Shown here piece after piece: positions 44,301-53,667 of a stretch of 64,000 nucleotides of DNA. The notes beneath the pieces were generated by a model that did not search any database, was not told where the DNA came from, and saw only the letters and a list, made by a program, of their open reading frames with translations. Source of the DNA: Clytia hemisphaerica (Eukaryota); NCBI RefSeq assembly GCF_902728285.1, contig NW_027104280.1, positions 419,995 to 483,994 of the forward strand, given 5' to 3'. Each line of letters begins with the position of its first letter. The first letter of the stretch is position 1. The position numbers and the translations under genes were made by a program.

Positions 44301-47300
44301 ATTATAAAAACACTGGTATGGCAATGTATTGTTTTAGCTTTTTGTTTAATTTCCTTTTGTTAAAAACAAAGACAAGTTGCGATTTGCATACTTTTTGATC
44401 ACGTTACCAAAATCTTCTCTTGGGATTGGTCTATTTTCTAATCACATGATCGAAAAGTTTGCAAAATAAATCGATTTCGGTACGAAAGCTCCATCGTTTA
44501 ACAATACCAGACCAGTGTTTTTGCCCCGCAGGGGCTTTTGTTGCTTCACGTAGCGGACCTGCTCGCCAGAAAAATATTCATATTCATGTTTCGTCCGATT
44601 CTGAGCGGGCCGCGCGCGGTTAAAAAATGTTCGCGCGCGATATCTCTTTTGCTGCTACTTGTATTGATTTCCTAGCTATGCACGGACAGAGAAGGTAGCT
44701 TCCCGTCTGCACTGCCAGTCCACACAGCTAAAAGCTTGGTTTCACAAACAACAAACAGCACACAAGATTTTATTTTTGCTTGGTTAATATCTTTTTAACG
44801 TAGTTGCTCAACTGGATTTACTTGAGGGACATTGTTTGCTACTGAATGAATAACTATCAAACTACTGATATTAGATCAAACCTTATACAATTGTCAGAAT
44901 GGACGATGGACATCTTCAATGACAGTTTGTTACACACACACACAGACAGAGTGTTATGCGCTGCTCTAACGAAACCCTGCTGATATTATAAAGGCATAGA
45001 CAAAAGGGAAATTGACCGTTAATTCATATTGTTTACCTATATAGTGATTTCATTTTGAAGGAAATTAAATTGAAATTTTTGGTGGAAAGACAAAAAAACC
45101 CAGAGTACCCTATAATTATATGGATATTGCATGCGCCGAAAGTAATTTTTCAAAGAGTAAGCCTTGCGCCAAAACGTGCCAAAAAACTGGTACCAACATC
45201 GAGTTTCTTACAAAAGGTTTAGTGAGTGAGACATGCCAATGAAAATATACTATGACTAACATGAACTGATTCATTCTCGTGGACATTTGAAGCACAGTGT
45301 TACAGCAAAAAAAATGGTTGTGCATGGGAAGCAGCGAGCAGAAAAATGTAAACAGAAGCGGAAAAAAAGCCGAAAACGATGGATTATGAAGTATTTGATG
45401 CTATTTTGTGAATAATTCTTTACGCCAATATTGAAGCTTAAAAAGCAAACTTTGAAAATGCTGTTTATGTCACTGTGTCAGAACGGTACTTCGATATGTA
45501 ATGTACGCCGAAGATTTTCAGCCTCATATTATGAACAGACTCGAACACTCTCTCTACTAATACCCCCACGGCACATTGTACCGCATTGATGTTGAACGCA
45601 GGAGTATACTTTGCTCAAATCAAATCTGAACAAACTTTTTGACTTTTTAAAACCAGACGTCCAATAAAATACAAACACAATGTTGTACCTACCTGTGAAG
45701 TGAAAAGTTTTTAACCATGTTGACGGTGGTTACAACAGGACACGGTATCTGAAAATTCCCCTGGCAATTTTGAGAGCAACTATCAAATTCATATCTTTAG
45801 TAACCATGAAGAAATTTTATTCTTACTGAAAACTTTTTGCAGAAACACGTATAAAGATTGTTAAAGTTTTTCAGATAATTTTCAGTAACTTTTGATACAA
45901 ATAAATTATATCTACAGTATGCCACCAGTCCAAAGTTACTTACTTTTTAAATTTCAAATCAAATGACTGAAATTATATTCAATTTCATTTTCAAATTCAC
46001 CTTTTAATCTGCATTATGTATATTCTTTATGAAAGGGAAGCACTTTCAGTTTCACAGTACACATTCTTATGTTTGGGTTTTCAAAAGGGATTTTTATTAG
46101 ATTTTTATCTTGTGATTGAAGAAAATCAACTTTGATATCATTCTAGTTCTTAATATGTTGCGAAACCTGTAATGGTTTTAATTTAAGTCACTTTGCATCA
46201 GAAAGGGTAGATTAAACATGTTTTTTTTTGGATTGACACTTTCGTTATGTATGGATCTTACTGAGAAAATTTTAACCGCATCGGCTCGTGCTTCTTAACT
46301 TTAAACAGCTCTAGTAACATTGAGCACTTTTTATGAAGACTCATTTCACCAATTTATAGTCTGATTATGATTCCCTTGCTCTCTTCATGACTAAGTTCCT
46401 CTGGGCTATAATATCTGCTATCGGCGGGGCATTCATAGCGACAGCTACTTGCTAGTTATATTGATTTTGAGATTTTCACCATCTCACTTTCTTAGATGGG
46501 GATGGTGGTTTTACCACCAAGTTATATCATGGATCTGCTGATTGATCGGTGAGCTGAATATTTTGATCTTTATCCAAAATTTCACACTACTACATGTAAT
46601 AGTGAAGATTACTGACATAATGTATGTTAATTGAATTAGAAGACAACAGCATAATGGAATGTTTATATTAGATTCGAACTAATCTAATTTGTTCGAATTA
46701 TAGAAAGATTCGAATAATACAAGTTCGAATTAGAGAGAGTCTACTGTATCTCTAGATCATTAAGTATGTATGTTTTGAATTAGAAGAGTAAGATGGAATG
46801 TTTATTTCAACTGAAAAGTTGAAGTGTTTTGTTTTCTTCTCTTATATTTGAAGTCTAGAAATATACAGTTGATTCTCTCTAGTTCGAACCCGAAGGGGTA
46901 ATGTGATTTGTTCGAGTTATATAGACAGATTCGAATAGTAGAATTTCGGAGTAGCGAAAGTAGATTGTACTTCTAAATATATTCAATAAGTCAAACACTT
47001 TTTTGTAGGTTTTGTATCAGAGATTGGTTCCAGTTTGGTGAATGTGAAGAAGATGATGAGAAATCATTGTTGTTGGTGGACGCTTTCTTGAACACCATCT
47101 TATTATTGCTGACTCATCACATTTATACAGGTACCTTGATTCTTCTTCTTGAAAGAAAAGGCTGATTACACGCACCTTCTCACAGACCCACTGGGAACCC
47201 TTCACACTGGAAAAATTGTCCAAAATATTGTCCCCCGGTGGATAATTATTCTCCAATTTTTGTCCTCACTGAAAATAATCAAGTAAACCAATCTTTACTG

Positions 47301-47943
47301 CAAAGTATGATGCTTTTCTTTCCATCCCCACTGAGTTTTCTGACTTGAAAACAAAAGAATTGAAATCCCCAGCCAAAAAAATATGGGAATATCAATCCCC
47401 ATCGAGTTTCAGTCAGTTATTTTTATCCCCACTTGCTGAAAAAATCCTACTGGGTCTGTGAGAAGGGGGTGTTGATTGTTCTTCTTGAAAGAAAAGACTT
47501 TCGTTTGTAGATGTAGATCCGTCACTGGTACTTCTTAGTAAATACATGTTTGTTATGTCTCGTCTCGTCTCATTTGTATTGTAATTCACAAGGCTCTAAA
47601 TTTGGTCCAACCGAGTCTACTGAACAACCCTAAAGCCTCATGAATAATAAGTTTCTTTGATATTTGTAACAAAATCTACAATACACCTGCATTACCTGAA
47701 TATTGCACCAGCATGAAGCACCGTGTAGCAATTATAAGTTAGTTCTTTATTTCTTGATATGTTGCTCGTATGAAATCCATCAGCTTGACAATTTCCAAGC
47801 AAATTTGAATTATCAATTTGACAAAATGATTATCATAATTGTTTTTAACTTTATTAGGAATTTCTGAAGAGGAGGTAATGCGAAAAGACATCATCGCTAA
47901 TTTATCTGTTTCTGACAAAACGCACAGCCAGTTGCTGGATTAT
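28904..47943 (+). CDS. UBR3: UBR3-like E3 ubiquitin ligase (N-recognin family) gene, 5' and central part. Exons identified: 28904-29319, 37434-37579, 37870-38300, 41704-41826, 42062-42238, 42495-42628, 42930-43010, 43351-43416, 43548-43634, 43772-43900, 47009-47130, 47858-47943. More exons certainly exist
   Basis: Exon 1 encodes the complete UBR box: [63 protein letters not shown], which matches human UBR3 CGLVW.AN..[38 protein letters not shown]. Exon 2 continues as FCHHHG... Later exons fit UBR-family conserved blocks (EIRSGFWLYNGHQIKCQAQSY; MRKDIIANLSVSDKTHSQLLDY matching UBR1 KREIIHQLSIKPMAHSELVKSL). Confidence 0.8.
29820..31735 (-). CDS. Unclassified Cys/His-rich protein of about 560 aa (2 exons: 31735-30807 and 30646-29820; one frameshift near 30905-31068). 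Candidate transposase-like or virus-derived gene, divergently paired with the 31859-33479 gene. Homology could not be assigned from the sequence alone
   Basis: ORFs 30902-31735 and 29820-30632 are joined by a GT-AG intron (cgagacag|gtaattcgg ... ttatag|gttgcaag) that yields ...SHECNETG/CKNKMVVIDGNEKLYRYCCAKP... Cys/His clusters include HILHCSTCMVRYK, TTCCSKK, HGLCKTCKTKFYRHW, YRYCCAKP, VRCINNPVRG, CHIHSNESG, YDRSCDLHPYVC, VDVFHAEKH and CKYHPDLPKF. It sits inside UBR3 intron 1 on the opposite strand. Confidence 0.5.
31859..33479 (+). CDS. Unclassified NTPase-like protein of about 440 aa (exons 31859-32352 and about 32582-33479) with a deviant Walker-A-like 'GRSGTNKSS' and an acidic hhhhDE Walker-B-like 'LCAVDEFSTF'. 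Possible SF3 (D5/P4-type) helicase-like ATPase, not confirmed
   Basis: ORF 31859-32356 ends at ag|gtaact; the downstream ORF frame 32582-33479 is open from the acceptor ctttag|a and joins in phase. It is head-to-head with the 29820-31735 gene, sharing a 123-bp intergenic region (31736-31858). It lacks the AT-rich codon bias of the neighbouring host exons. Confidence 0.45.
33940..35100. repeat. Satellite array with an 86-bp unit (ccatttcagacttataaaagctcccatcacacgcgaaaggcttgcgcagcgcaacgttcttcgccgctacgccgaagtcgcgaagg), about 13 copies. The first copy is interrupted by a 33996-34325 inverted-repeat-flanked insert
   Basis: ORF-track entries every 86 bp (34397, 34483, 34569, 34655...) with near-identical translations; it is relatively GC-rich compared with its surroundings. 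Confidence 0.9.
35290..35840. mobile_element. MITE with about 100-bp TIRs (aactgttatgggggatgtta...cccatttgtcaaaagttgcctttgggtataaaaagaagaaaaa.tcatg)
   Basis: 35311-35405 equals the reverse complement of 35752-35835; an internal (aataat)n microsatellite lies at 35490-35520. Confidence 0.75.
37434..37579 (+). CDS. UBR3: UBR3-like exon 2 (GFCHHHGKVEGSKQKAIPEKLIWVAQILIPRLIICLYEKTKNKDEAMEE-)
   Basis: acacag|gtt...gaag|gtattg; continues the UBR box through the split codon. Confidence 0.75.
37870..38300 (+). CDS. UBR3: UBR3-like exon 3 (DSSLDVEPIIDFLNKISEVEALREIFCEKILSS...LPNQKYK)
   Basis: tcttttag|act...tacaag|gtttgt; in phase with exon 2. Confidence 0.65.
38509..41100. repeat. Cluster of 9 copies of a 15-bp motif 'tgtcccgtacgtaac' (palindromic core cgtacg / acgt) in both orientations, embedded in otherwise non-repetitive sequence. 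Possible nested MITE termini or a binding-site cluster
   Basis: + orientation copies at 38513, 38873, 41062 and 41082; - orientation copies (gttacgtacgggaca) at 40103, 40497, 40512, 40678 and 40870. Confidence 0.55.
38760..39982 (-). pseudogene. Degenerate coding remnant on the - strand (charged or coiled-coil N-terminus KRGRIEKIREKQKKQRLKNDEAKEEYCKKERASKRLQQARKR; ...LDKVESRLKAKEDARSF...; ...KTLWHKFEAENYDKEISYAQFWRYVSENII...), probably an old TE-encoded protein
   Basis: Several collinear - strand ORFs (39773-39982, 39162-39380, 38942-39289, 38760-39068) separated by frameshifts and stops; they lie between + and - copies of the 15-bp motif. Confidence 0.3.
41704..41826 (+). CDS. UBR3: UBR3-like candidate exon (LFSNEQLAFKMVKEENLLFKIIFVLSKMVGECLDNYSLEVN-)
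   Basis: Consistent in phase with its neighbours, but similarity was not verified. Confidence 0.45.
42062..42238 (+). CDS. UBR3: UBR3-like exon (GNETSIMAVNCDNKILSGHCYWPIASDLTNLLSHQSVAKVFLETGDCLNWWMRFVSLLT-)
   Basis: ccacag|gta...aacag|gtttgt. Confidence 0.55.
42495..42628 (+). CDS. UBR3: UBR3-like exon (GMNINHMQLLTHVELESKTYYAAFSIEFESVAAVMWEVYRSVQKM)
   Basis: tcacag|gga...agatg|gtaaaa. Confidence 0.55.
42930..43010 (+). CDS. UBR3: UBR3-like exon (NERVHVSKMLEVSAATLISWYSFVPQS)
   Basis: ttctag|aat...caaagt|gtaagt. Confidence 0.55.
43351..43416 (+). CDS. UBR3: UBR3-like exon (LKKPSFTFHLSLHRYFALFASL)
   Basis: tttcag|ttg...gcttg|gtaagt. Confidence 0.6.
43548..43634 (+). CDS. UBR3: UBR3-like exon (AINQFDEEVTKILPQSIAKSGLNYLVSTL)
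   Basis: tttgcag|gct...ctctg|gtaagt. Confidence 0.6.
43772..43900 (+). CDS. UBR3: UBR3-like exon (AALQEIRSGFWLYNGHQIKCQAQSYMQSYFCNSMLDLDVFFVQ)
   Basis: tttcag|gca...gttcaa|gtaaat; matches the UBR-family R.G.W.RNG...Q..YY block. Confidence 0.65.
44085..44175. repeat. Short hairpin-forming interspersed repeat (ttgaggacg...gtgactgaagcgatttgga...accgtcctc). Related copies lie at 49195-49275 and 57795-57885
   Basis: The 'gaggacg..a.agtgactg.agcgatttgga' block is present three times in the window. Confidence 0.6.
44555..44660. promoter_or_regulatory. Isolated CpG-rich island (cgggccgcgcgcggttaaaaaatgttcgcgcgcgat) inside a UBR3 intron; function unknown
   Basis: Local CpG clustering in a window of about 33% GC; no ORF; no tRNA or snRNA-like fold recognised. 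Confidence 0.2.
46600..46980. repeat. 'ttcgaa'-rich interspersed repeat with an internal duplication of about 160 bp. A related copy lies at 54750-55120
   Basis: Shared 'attcgaa..agag', 'gttcgaattat', 'ttagaagag', 'ggaatgtttat' blocks. Confidence 0.5.
47009..47130 (+). CDS. UBR3: UBR3-like exon (-FCIRDWFQFGECEEDDEKSLLLVDAFLNTILLLLTHHIYT-)
   Basis: tttgtag|gtt...tacag|gtacct. Confidence 0.55.
47160..47470. mobile_element. MITE (about 310 bp) with TIR 'cttctcacagacccactggg', flanked by an about 25-bp direct duplication (ttgattsttcttcttgaaagaaaag.ct) and inserted 30 bp downstream of a UBR3 exon
   Basis: 47165-47186 equals the reverse complement of 47443-47464; direct repeats at 47137-47160 and 47472-47497. 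Confidence 0.7.
47858..47943 (+). CDS. UBR3: UBR3-like exon (GISEEEVMRKDIIANLSVSDKTHSQLLDY)
   Basis: attag|gaa...gattat|gtatcc; matches UBR1 DEIKREIIHQLSIKPMAHSELVKSL. Confidence 0.6.
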
Positions 47944-48049
47944 GTATCCTTTTCATTGGTATTACCAAACTTAAGGTTGGATGTAGTATTCTCAACTTCA
48001 GTTGAGCTACAATCTGACAATGTCTGTGTGTGTGTCTGTCTGTCTGTCA

Positions 48050-48900
48050 CAAAAACTTTAGGGCAGCCTGGAGACTTCAAAAATGCTTGGATTTGGCTGA
48101 AATTTGGCACACTTGTTCCTTGGGTGAGTATCTGGGGGTGTTTTTTTTATTTTTTGAAAATTTTGATTTTTGGGGCCTGGAGACGAGTTTTTCGCCAAAA
48201 CGAGGCTAAAACTTTAGGGCAGCCTGGAGACTTCAAAAATGCTTGGATTTGGCTGAAATTTGGCACACTTGTTCCTTGGGTGAATATCTGGGGGTGTTTT
48301 TTTCATTTTTTGAAAATTTTGATTTTTGGGGCCTGGAGACGTGTTTTTCGCCAAAACGAGGCTAAAACTTTAGGGCAGCCTGTAGACTTCAAAAATGCTT
48401 GGATTTGGCTGAAATTTGGCACACTTGTTCCTTGGGTGAATACCTGGGGGTATTTTTTTCATTTTTTGAAAATTTTGATTTTTGGGGCCTGGAGACGAGT
48501 TTTCGCCAAAACGAGGCTAAAACTTTGTGACAGTCTGGAGACTTCAAAAATTGTTCTATTTGGCTGAAATTTGGCACACTTGTTCCTTGGGTGAATATCT
48601 GGGGTTTTTTTTTTCATTTTTCAAAAAATTAGATTTTTGGGGCCTGGGGACGAGTTTTTCGCCAAAACGAGGCTAAAATTTTGGGGCAGCCTGGAGACTT
48701 CAAAAATTGTTCGATCTGGCTTAAATTTTGCACACTTGTTCCTTGGGTGAATATATGGGGGTGCTTTTTGCATTTTTCAAAAATTTAGATTTTTGGGGCC
48801 TGGGGACGAGTTTTTTTGCCAAAACGAGGCTAAAGCTTTGAAGCAGCCTACAGCCCTCCAAAATGGTCGGATTTGGTTGAAATTTGGCACACTTGTTCAT
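48050..48900. repeat. Tandem repeat with an about 156-bp unit (aaaactttagggcagcctggagacttcaaaaatgcttggatttggctgaaatttggcacacttgttccttgggtgaatatctggggg...gcctggagacgagtttttcgccaaaacgaggct), about 5.5 copies; a degenerate copy extends to about 49020
   Basis: The repeated ORF translations KTLGQPGDFKNAWIWLKFGTLVPWV in the track are spurious. Confidence 0.9.
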
Positions 48901-50425
48901 TGGGTAAATACCTGGGGGTCTACAATTGGGCCTATGAATAATTTGAAGCCACTGAAGTTGAGCCCAGTGCGTTGCGCACGTTCGACTATTAGTAATAAAC
49001 CTTTTCGACCGTAATCGCCAATTGCCGCGCGGGCATTTTTCGCACCCATAGACTGAGACAATAGAAAGAGGTGTCAAAAAAGGATTGGATCGAGTTTAGG
49101 GGGATAATTGAATAATTTCTTTCAAAATGTCACCACTTCGAGTAGGCGTCTAAAACAGATAATACAAAAGCGAATTTATATGTTTGAACTTTTGAGGACA
49201 GTGGAGTGACTGGAGCGATTTGGAAAACCTACAATTCTGACCCGCAAAATTGAGGACGGTAAAAGTTATGTATTTGTTACCGCCGTGCTTAGCTGATCAG
49301 GACCTAGATCAATCAGACACTCACGGTCTTCGTTGCAGAAAAACACAAATATAAAAACTCGCTAATTATACCCAGGAAAGGGGTTACTTTCTCGCCTCCG
49401 CAAATCCCAAGTAGGCTCGCAAAAGCACAAAATTCAAAATAACTCTCGATAGTAGAAAGCTTTTAGAAAATCTAGAGACTTTACTCTCAGGACCTGAATG
49501 AGAGCGGTTTTTACAACACTGTAATTATTGTCTTTGTTTTATCAAAAGATGATGAATATGTCATAAACGTAGACGCTCCCTCATAAATTTTGCAGGGTAT
49601 CTCGCTACGCCTATGCAGGTGCATAATAAACGTGCCCACACGCTTATTAATTTTCGAAAGTTTTTCAACCCCCACGGACCTTATTAGGAATTCCCACGTT
49701 TATTAAAATTCAGAAATTTCTTATCAAGTATTTTTCAAAATGGAGAGTAAGTATTTTCTGCAGGCTTTCAATGACGTTGAGCTAGACAGCTGACAAATTA
49801 AACAAGTTAAGCAATTTTAACAAATATAATTATACTTATAGGTGTGATAAAGTATGACTTATTGTTGTGGTACCCTCAAAATATGTGCATCTTCTTGCTT
49901 CCAATAATTAGGGGTATTTTCGACAAATTATCAAATTTCCAACCCCCACGCTTATTAAGACCCCCACGTTTATTAAAATTCTGAAAAAATTCCAACCCCC
50001 ACGTTTATTTGTACTCCCACGTTTATTATACCTGAGAGTACTCGCCGTCAAAAAAAAAAGAAATTTCACATAGGTTCTATTTACCGAACCTTAGTGGTAC
50101 ACCCCAGCACTCCCAAGAAGTAAACTGTGCCCATTTTTAATTGATTTTCTTTTTTCTATAATATTTCAATTTCATATCATTTTGTTTTCATTTTCCGAAA
50201 AAGGTGGATTCTATTTTATACAATGATATAACCCATTTCTGATATTATCATTTTTATTGCTTTTGGGCGAAATTTTGAAAGCCTAAATACGATTCTCTGC
50301 ACGTACTAGCTTTTGATTTTTGAATGTTCAAGTGTTCAATGACAATTGTTTAAAATCACGAGTTTGTGTTATTTACTGTAGAATATTCGATTAAATCTTT
50401 GGGCATACGTCATTATCATTCTGCA

Positions 50426-52747
50426 ATGTGGGTGCTAATCACAATCGTTATCAATCTTATGTCAATTCATGGCAAGGTTTATGACATCATCGGTGTTGGG
50501 TCCTCTTGTTACCATGACAACTTCACCGAAACAAAAACCTTTAGTTTGAAGTCAAGGTTTCACGACCACATGAGTGAGTTATTGATCCGAAAAATGGGCT
50601 TTCTGACAAATGGTGTTTTTAAGTATCAATATTTTGATGTTTGTTATGATATAAATAAACTGCTGTATCTGGCAAACGACTTGCTGCTAAATCCAGCCTT
50701 CATTCGGACAGATGAAAGACCCGAAAACATCACAGATCGCCGGACAACAAAATCCACAGTTCTATTCGTTTTTGCGTATCTCAATGCGACGTTTTTTTAT
50801 CTGATATCAGACATATTGTCACAGACAGAAATCTTCATAATGAAACTTGGTAAGACAGTTGACGTACCTTACAACCCGAACGCCATACATCATATTTCAA
50901 TGATTACTGAAGCAAAGTTTGAAAAATATTTAGAAGTTCTTGTCAAGAAGTTTAATTGGAAATATGTAACTTTAGTGTCGTTGAAACACACTAAACTTCT
51001 ACGAGAATCTCTACAACAATTTTACTTCGAACGGTACCAGGAAATACTTCAAAAGCTCTCCGTGTGCTTGAATGTAGAAACAGTCATGAACCGGCAAGAC
51101 CTCCAGCAAGTGATCAAGAGAATCCAAGAAAGTCCTGAAGTGAAAACAATTATGATGTTTGCTGATCCTTCAGAGATGGTCCAGGAAATTTTTAAACCTT
51201 TCAAATTGACTAATAAGACTTTGATCATCGATGAAGGTTATATCGTCAAAGAGCCAGATTGGCCGAACATGATATCTTACAGGAGAAGTTTATCCAAGAA
51301 GCATGCCGTATTTCCCGCTCTGGTTCGATTGACAATTAAAATAAGGGATACCATGTTCGCCAGTCACACTATAAACCAACTCCCCAAATATTTACAGCAT
51401 ATTTACACGAGCAATTATTTTTCCCAGCTTAGCGGAGATGCAATCTTAATGTTTATATGGTTCAACCATTGTGAACAAAATTCTAAATATTTTATGGGTT
51501 GTATGTTGGAGCTCTTTAAACAAACAGAATATTACGTCAATATTCAAGATGGAGATCAATCTTATGATATTGACACCACAGAATGGAAATCCACATTTGG
51601 CCAATCATTATACAAACTCTCAAAGATTCCAAATGATCTTATAGAAAATCTGGCCTCTGGGAAATGTACTCCAGTCCATTGCCAACCTGGTATGGAATAC
51701 ATCTACACCAAGTTGGACAACCACACTACTCAATGGAACGAATCGTATGGTTGGACTTGTCAACCCTGTGCAATCAATTTCTATAAAAATGAAAGAGGTA
51801 ATTTCTCTTGTCAACAATGTCCTGGTTTTTATGTAGCCAACGCAAACAAGGACTCGTGCTATGATCCTTACGTTAACAGGACGGTTTCTACGGAGATGTC
51901 GATCGCCGTCTTCTGTATTTCCTTAACTGTTGTTGGTATGTTTTCTTGTGTCATTGTCCTAATCGCGTTTGTGAAGTACCGGGTTACACCAACGATGAAA
52001 GCAGCGGGGTTCAACTTAACGATTGTACATCTATGTATCATTGCTGGTAATTTTATATTGTTGATCTCTGTTTATTACGGTGCGCCAACCCAATTTAAAT
52101 GTTATTGCCGTTTAATGGTGCTCTCTGTATCTTACAATCTCATCGTTTCAGTGGTTTTACTCAGAGCACAGCGAGTGTTAACTGTTTTCCAGTCCAACAT
52201 CAAAATGACGAGATCGGAAATACGAAAGTCAAAAGCAGTCGAGTTTTTCTCCATATTGGTGGTTGTGATTATTAACAATTTTATCCTTGCCATAATGGTG
52301 TTGAAAAATCCTATCAGGATTCAAACGGTTAGGAACGAAAAGACTTTGACGAGATCTTCCCATTGCGATAGTACTGCAAAGATGCATGTTTTAATCGGAT
52401 TCGCTCTTTTAATGCATATCACATGTTTCATCCAAGCTTTTCGAGGACGCCGTCTACCAGGTGCGTTTAAAGAAACCATGCCCATTGTATATGGAAACTT
52501 CATGGCCATTGCTAGTTTTCTTGTTCTCTACCCTACGGTAACTTTCCAGAAAGACCCTTTAAAACGAGAACTTTTCTATTTTTTTGCCATTGCTTTGAAC
52601 ATGAATATTATGCTGGCTTTTTGTTATTTTCATAGAGTTTATGTGGCTTTGTTTAGACCGGAAATCAACACCGTAGAGTTCGCAAGGGCTGTAGTGATGC
52701 AAAAAATGACTAAAGACTCACGAAACAAACTCCCACAAGCTTCTTAG
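50426..52747 (+). CDS. Intronless class C (metabotropic glutamate/GABA-B/taste-like) GPCR, 773 aa: divergent N-terminal ligand-binding region, cysteine-rich domain and 7TM
   Basis: A single 2.3-kb ORF whose first in-frame ATG is at 50426 (MWVLITIVINLMSIHG, a signal-like segment). CRD: CQPGMEYIYTKLDNHTTQWNESYGWTCQPCAINFYKNERGNFSCQQCPGFYVANANKDSCYDP. Seven hydrophobic helices follow, with TM6 'FKETMPIVYGNFMAIASF' (compare class C FNEAKxIxFxM) and TM7 'PLKRELFYFFAIALNMN' (compare PKxYII). Confidence 0.75.
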   Translation: MWVLITIVINLMSIHGKVYDIIGVGSSCYHDNFTETKTFSLKSRFHDHMSELLIRKMGFLTNGVFKYQYFDVCYDINKLLYLANDLLLNPAFIRTDERPENITDRRTTKSTVLFVFAYLNATFFYLISDILSQTEIFIMKLGKTVDVPYNPNAIHHISMITEAKFEKYLEVLVKKFNWKYVTLVSLKHTKLLRESLQQFYFERYQEILQKLSVCLNVETVMNRQDLQQVIKRIQESPEVKTIMMFADPSEMVQEIFKPFKLTNKTLIIDEGYIVKEPDWPNMISYRRSLSKKHAVFPALVRLTIKIRDTMFASHTINQLPKYLQHIYTSNYFSQLSGDAILMFIWFNHCEQNSKYFMGCMLELFKQTEYYVNIQDGDQSYDIDTTEWKSTFGQSLYKLSKIPNDLIENLASGKCTPVHCQPGMEYIYTKLDNHTTQWNESYGWTCQPCAINFYKNERGNFSCQQCPGFYVANANKDSCYDPYVNRTVSTEMSIAVFCISLTVVGMFSCVIVLIAFVKYRVTPTMKAAGFNLTIVHLCIIAGNFILLISVYYGAPTQFKCYCRLMVLSVSYNLIVSVVLLRAQRVLTVFQSNIKMTRSEIRKSKAVEFFSILVVVIINNFILAIMVLKNPIRIQTVRNEKTLTRSSHCDSTAKMHVLIGFALLMHITCFIQAFRGRRLPGAFKETMPIVYGNFMAIASFLVLYPTVTFQKDPLKRELFYFFAIALNMNIMLAFCYFHRVYVALFRPEINTVEFARAVVMQKMTKDSRNKLPQAS

Positions 52748-53528
52748 ATACTGTAATAAAACTTCTGTTGAATGTAGAGTTTTCAAAAAGATCGTAAGTT
52801 TATTTCACTGCTAGACTAGCAACGCTTTTAGTCTAAAATAAACTCACTGCCTTTGTAATAAGCTTTACAATCTGTTAGTAAACATTGTGGCAAGAATTCC
52901 CTTCCACCCTAGTATCAATGTTGATGGGTGAGAAGACTGCCACCAGACCCAGAAAAATAAGCTGACATCAACACTGATATTATAGGGGGGAAAGAGATTT
53001 TTCTAGAAATTACCACATATTTTGTCACTGATTGTAAACCGTAGGGAAAATCGTGAACGGGGTTTCCTGTTAAGCGAGCTTACAGCCGATAAAGTCGGCG
53101 ATTTTAGACTATACGTATCCTCGAAACTCTACCGTGGACATTTTTCATCCGATCAATGTTATTATCGGCTGTGAACTTTGCGCATATTTTTTTCTAAGTT
53201 TTTTTATCCCTGTAAGGGACAATAACATCGTCTACACATAATCTCAATAAAGTCATACATAAAGCAGTTGGAAAGATAAATAAGAGTGAGTTTTATTTTG
53301 AAAAAGATAAAGGAATGAAAAAAATGTAATTGAAGATTGATGGTCTTCTAATGATCGGTATTTTTCTTCTTTTTACTGTGTGGTCTTTTCTTACGTCAAT
53401 TTCTTGACGAAGGGTTATTTTTAAAAGGGTAACATTATAATCCAGAAACTAGCAACGAATGATCTATATTATCGACCACGTAGATAAGATTTTACCGGAA
53501 TATGCCTCCTTAACTTCGATGGAAAAAC

Positions 53529-53667
53529 TAACAGGTTCCGACTCGCCCAGGAGATACACAATCAATCAACAAACATTTCGATAATGTTTTGAAATCTGTT
53601 TCGAATTACAAATCGCCGGCTGTCGAATCCTTTGCAATGCAACAAGGAATGTACACTCTGAAAGGTA
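53529..53667 (+). CDS. Candidate exon (VPTRPGDTQSINKHFDNVLKSVSNYKSPAVESFAMQQGMYTLK-); gene assignment uncertain
   Basis: aacag|gtt...gaaag|gtaagt; open frame; phase not reconciled with neighbouring exons. Confidence 0.25.

Noticed and set aside
44221-44317. Possible UBR3 exon encoding ...KLGIVVSPMEFYVVHSVIFTIVIIKTL
   Set aside because: The only available acceptor gives a phase incompatible with the preceding exon, and the similarity to the UBR1 'SMMDPNHFLMIML' block is weak, so it was not annotated.
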